A DNA stretch of 64,000 nucleotides from the human T2T-CHM13v2.0 reference genome, Homo sapiens. A program made the translations under genes and the position numbers. Every line of letters begins with the position of its first letter. The first letter of the stretch is position 1. The notes beneath the pieces were generated by a model. It searched no databases. It had not been told where the DNA came from and saw nothing but the letters and a program-made list of their open reading frames with translations. The stretch lies in NCBI RefSeq assembly GCF_009914755.1, contig NC_060926.1; one strand, written 5' to 3'. Positions 60,491 through 64,000 of this stretch are shown piece after piece.

Positions 60491-61045
60491 ACCCCTAGCC
60501 TGGAAAAGACTAATTTTAATAATAAGTAAATTTAAAAGTTTTACAGGTGCGGGATAGAGTTGGACTAGTTCTAAAGAATAGCAAAGGAAATTGGATGGGA
60601 ATTCAAAATAGAAGGCAAATGCAATTTAAAGTAGACTAAAAACATTAATTACCTTATTTGTTCAAGTTTCAGATATACACATTCATACATATATATGAAT
60701 AAACTGCTGTACCACAAATAAAAACTTTAAGGACCAGGTAAAAACATAAAGGCACTGATGGACACTTTCCACAACAAATCTATCAGCTTAAAAGCCTTTT
60801 CTACTTCAGTTGATTGTAAGTACTCCAAGCTCCTCCTTCCCTATAAATGAAACCCTAGGGGTCACTTTGAAAGCTTCTTCCCAGGGGCTGCATCCAGTAC
60901 AGAAATAATCTTTGGCTACAATTCCACGTAACTAAAAAGAGTAGACATATATAAGCACACACAGTATTTAAAGCCGTGGCAAATGTAGCCTATTCTCAGG
61001 CAACTTTCTGTAGCCTCTTCTGAGGCAACTTTCATATTATAATAA

Positions 61046-61444
<399 letters not shown>

Positions 61445-61596
61445 TAATTATTTTTTATTCTATTATTGTCTTTTCTCTAGCTCATTCACTAATAACTCTT
61501 CCCTCCTCAGAGGAAACTAATTGAAATGTCATGTGAACCAAAGTATTTAAGGTTAATTTCATGTAAGTCTGAGATTTGCTTTTAAAAAAATATCCA

Positions 61597-61720
61597 AGCT
61601 GGATGCAATGGCATGAGCCTGAAGTCCCAGCTACTTAGGAGGCTGAAGTGGGAGGACAGCTTGAAGCCAGGAGTTCAAGATTAGCCTGGGGAACACAGTG
61701 AGACTCTGACTCTAAAAAAA
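61597..61720 (+). mobile_element. FLAM-like Alu monomer within an old L1M 3' end
   Basis: agctggatgcaatggcatgagcctgaagtcccagctact...gagactctgactctaaaaaaa. Confidence 0.8.
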
Positions 61721-61833
61721 ATTGTTTTAAGTTGCTAAAAATTACATATAAATATATCTCCAGTGGGAGGCACAGGGGTTGGGGGTGTGTATACTTGAGT
61801 TGGTAACTGTTGAAGCTTGTGATAGGCACATAA

Positions 61834-62283
<450 letters not shown>

Positions 62284-63733
62284 TAACAACTGCCTGTTAC
62301 CCCTATCTTTCCTTCTATTTTTCCACAAAAGTATACCAGAAAGTTTTTCTTCATTGACAGAAGTGTACCTTAGAACTAGTCACAAAAATTGACTTATTAG
62401 CTTGGGAGTTATTAACTTGGGAACCAAGTTTAATTCAGACAATCAAGTACATTGACCCTGAAGGGAAGAGTTCCAAATCCCTTCATCTATAAAACCATGA
62501 GCTTCTACATCTTAAAGTCTGTATCGTCTGTGGAAGACACAAATATGTACTACTCTCCTAATTTCAGGGAGTGAAAAGAACAACAACAAAAACAGAAAAA
62601 CAGGTTGAATAGTAAAATCTCAAGGATCAAGGATGTGCTATGGTCAATTTCAACAGACAGGTAAGGTCAATCTTAAAACAAAATTGAGTTATCATCCATG
62701 AAAAGAAAGTGTTTCTCAGAGGAACATAGGCTTTTATTTATTTTTAAATATAAATGCTTTTCCCCTTCAAAGGGGAAAAGTATAGGAGCTGAGGTAACAC
62801 ACAGAACTAAACAAGTTCCTACCTCCTTTTGTTCTTCTTTCTTCCTAACAGCCCCAGAGCCCTCAATGTTTTCAGAGCTGGCTAATACTGGTAGTGGTGG
62901 CAGGTGAAGCAATGTGGAGGCACAGGGATCCATGTCACACTGTTCGCCTTAGGGTGGAAGTTGCAAACTCACAGTCTGGTTTACAGAAGGATCTGCTTTG
63001 GCCTCAGAGTGCTTGGGAAATTCACATTAGGTGCTAACATTTCAAAATCAGAATAATTCACAAAAAACCTTTAAAAAGTGAGAAATTTGGCAATGTTGGA
63101 TGGGTACTCTGGCCTGGCAATAATTGGCTAAAGCTGAGAAGCAGCTGTCCCCCTGAGATATGAGGCTAGTCCTGCTTTGCAATCAAGCTGCCACATCGGT
63201 ATCTGTTACCTGCCTGGTGCCTGCAAGTTGATTTCAAGAGAAACTGACAGGTAGTTCTTAAGATCTACAATAGGAAAGGCAACTAAGCCATGTACGTATT
63301 CCACAGCTTGGACATGCCAATCATCTGACTGCTGGGGTATAAGGATCTGTCTTTCATTTAATATTTTAATAGCTAACAAGAGTTGCTGAATGGGACTTTG
63401 TTTAGATGTGTTGGGACACTACCTCTGTTTCAAAAGAGAATTACACAAACCACTCGAATGCCATATAGTTAGAAGCTTTGTTAGTCTGGGCAGGCAGGAT
63501 GAACTAAAAAATAGCCTCAGCCTGGAGGGCATGCTATCACCAAGAGAAACTAAAAATGGGGCGGTAGAAGGCATTTCAGTCTATAGGAGAGCAAATGGAG
63601 AACAAAATCGAAGAAGTTGAGAAATGAAATGGTATACTCAGTTCCTCATGTGTGGGAGGTATTTTGTAAACAATTCCTGCATGTATTGATAAACCTCTTC
63701 ATTCCATCAATGAAGATAATGAATCCAAAGCGG

Positions 63734-64000
63734 ACTTATCAAAGAACACCAAGGTAAAATATCAAAGATTCAGAAACCTTTAGTTCTGGTCCTGTTTTAA
63801 AGTTCATGTAAACATTTCCCCCTTAACTCATGGTTACCTAATTTTGTCATTATCTTACCCATTGGTTCCTATGACAACTTATCAAAGAACACCAAGGTAA
63901 AATATCAAAGATTCAGAAACCTTTAGTTCTGGTCCTGTTTTAAAGTTCATGTAAACATTTCCCCCTTAACTGATGGTTACCTAATTTTGTCATTATCTTA
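63734..64000. repeat. 143-bp tandem duplication running off the window end
   Basis: acttatcaaagaacaccaagg starts at 63734 and 63877; one mismatch seen (aactca / aactga). Confidence 0.97.

Overview
Primate (human-like) genomic DNA that is almost entirely transposable-element derived; I cannot support any host protein-coding gene, RNA gene or CRISPR array. It holds a full-length but inactivated L1PA4-like LINE-1 (1522-7541) inside an MST LTR, a 5'-truncated L1PA3-like element (12319-16690) inside a Tigger-derived MITE, several older L1PA/L1PB/L1M and HAL1 pieces, a complete THE1A MaLR provirus with a 5-bp TSD, over 30 Alus, and MLT, MIR, L2 and MER fragments. Subfamily names come from recalled consensus sequences and need RepeatMasker/Dfam confirmation. 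The most notable signals are mutational rather than genic: (1) the two neighbouring young L1s share private variants, including the same ORF2 frameshift, suggesting gene conversion; (2) a ~60-bp inverted copy of a site 5.3 kb away is inserted into a THE1A LTR; (3) a ~51-nt double-hairpin insert with an A-rich tail looks like a tiny retroposed RNA; (4) an L1 is flanked by a ~155-bp target-site duplication; (5) a textbook twin-priming inversion; (6) a near-perfect 143-bp tandem duplication at the window end.
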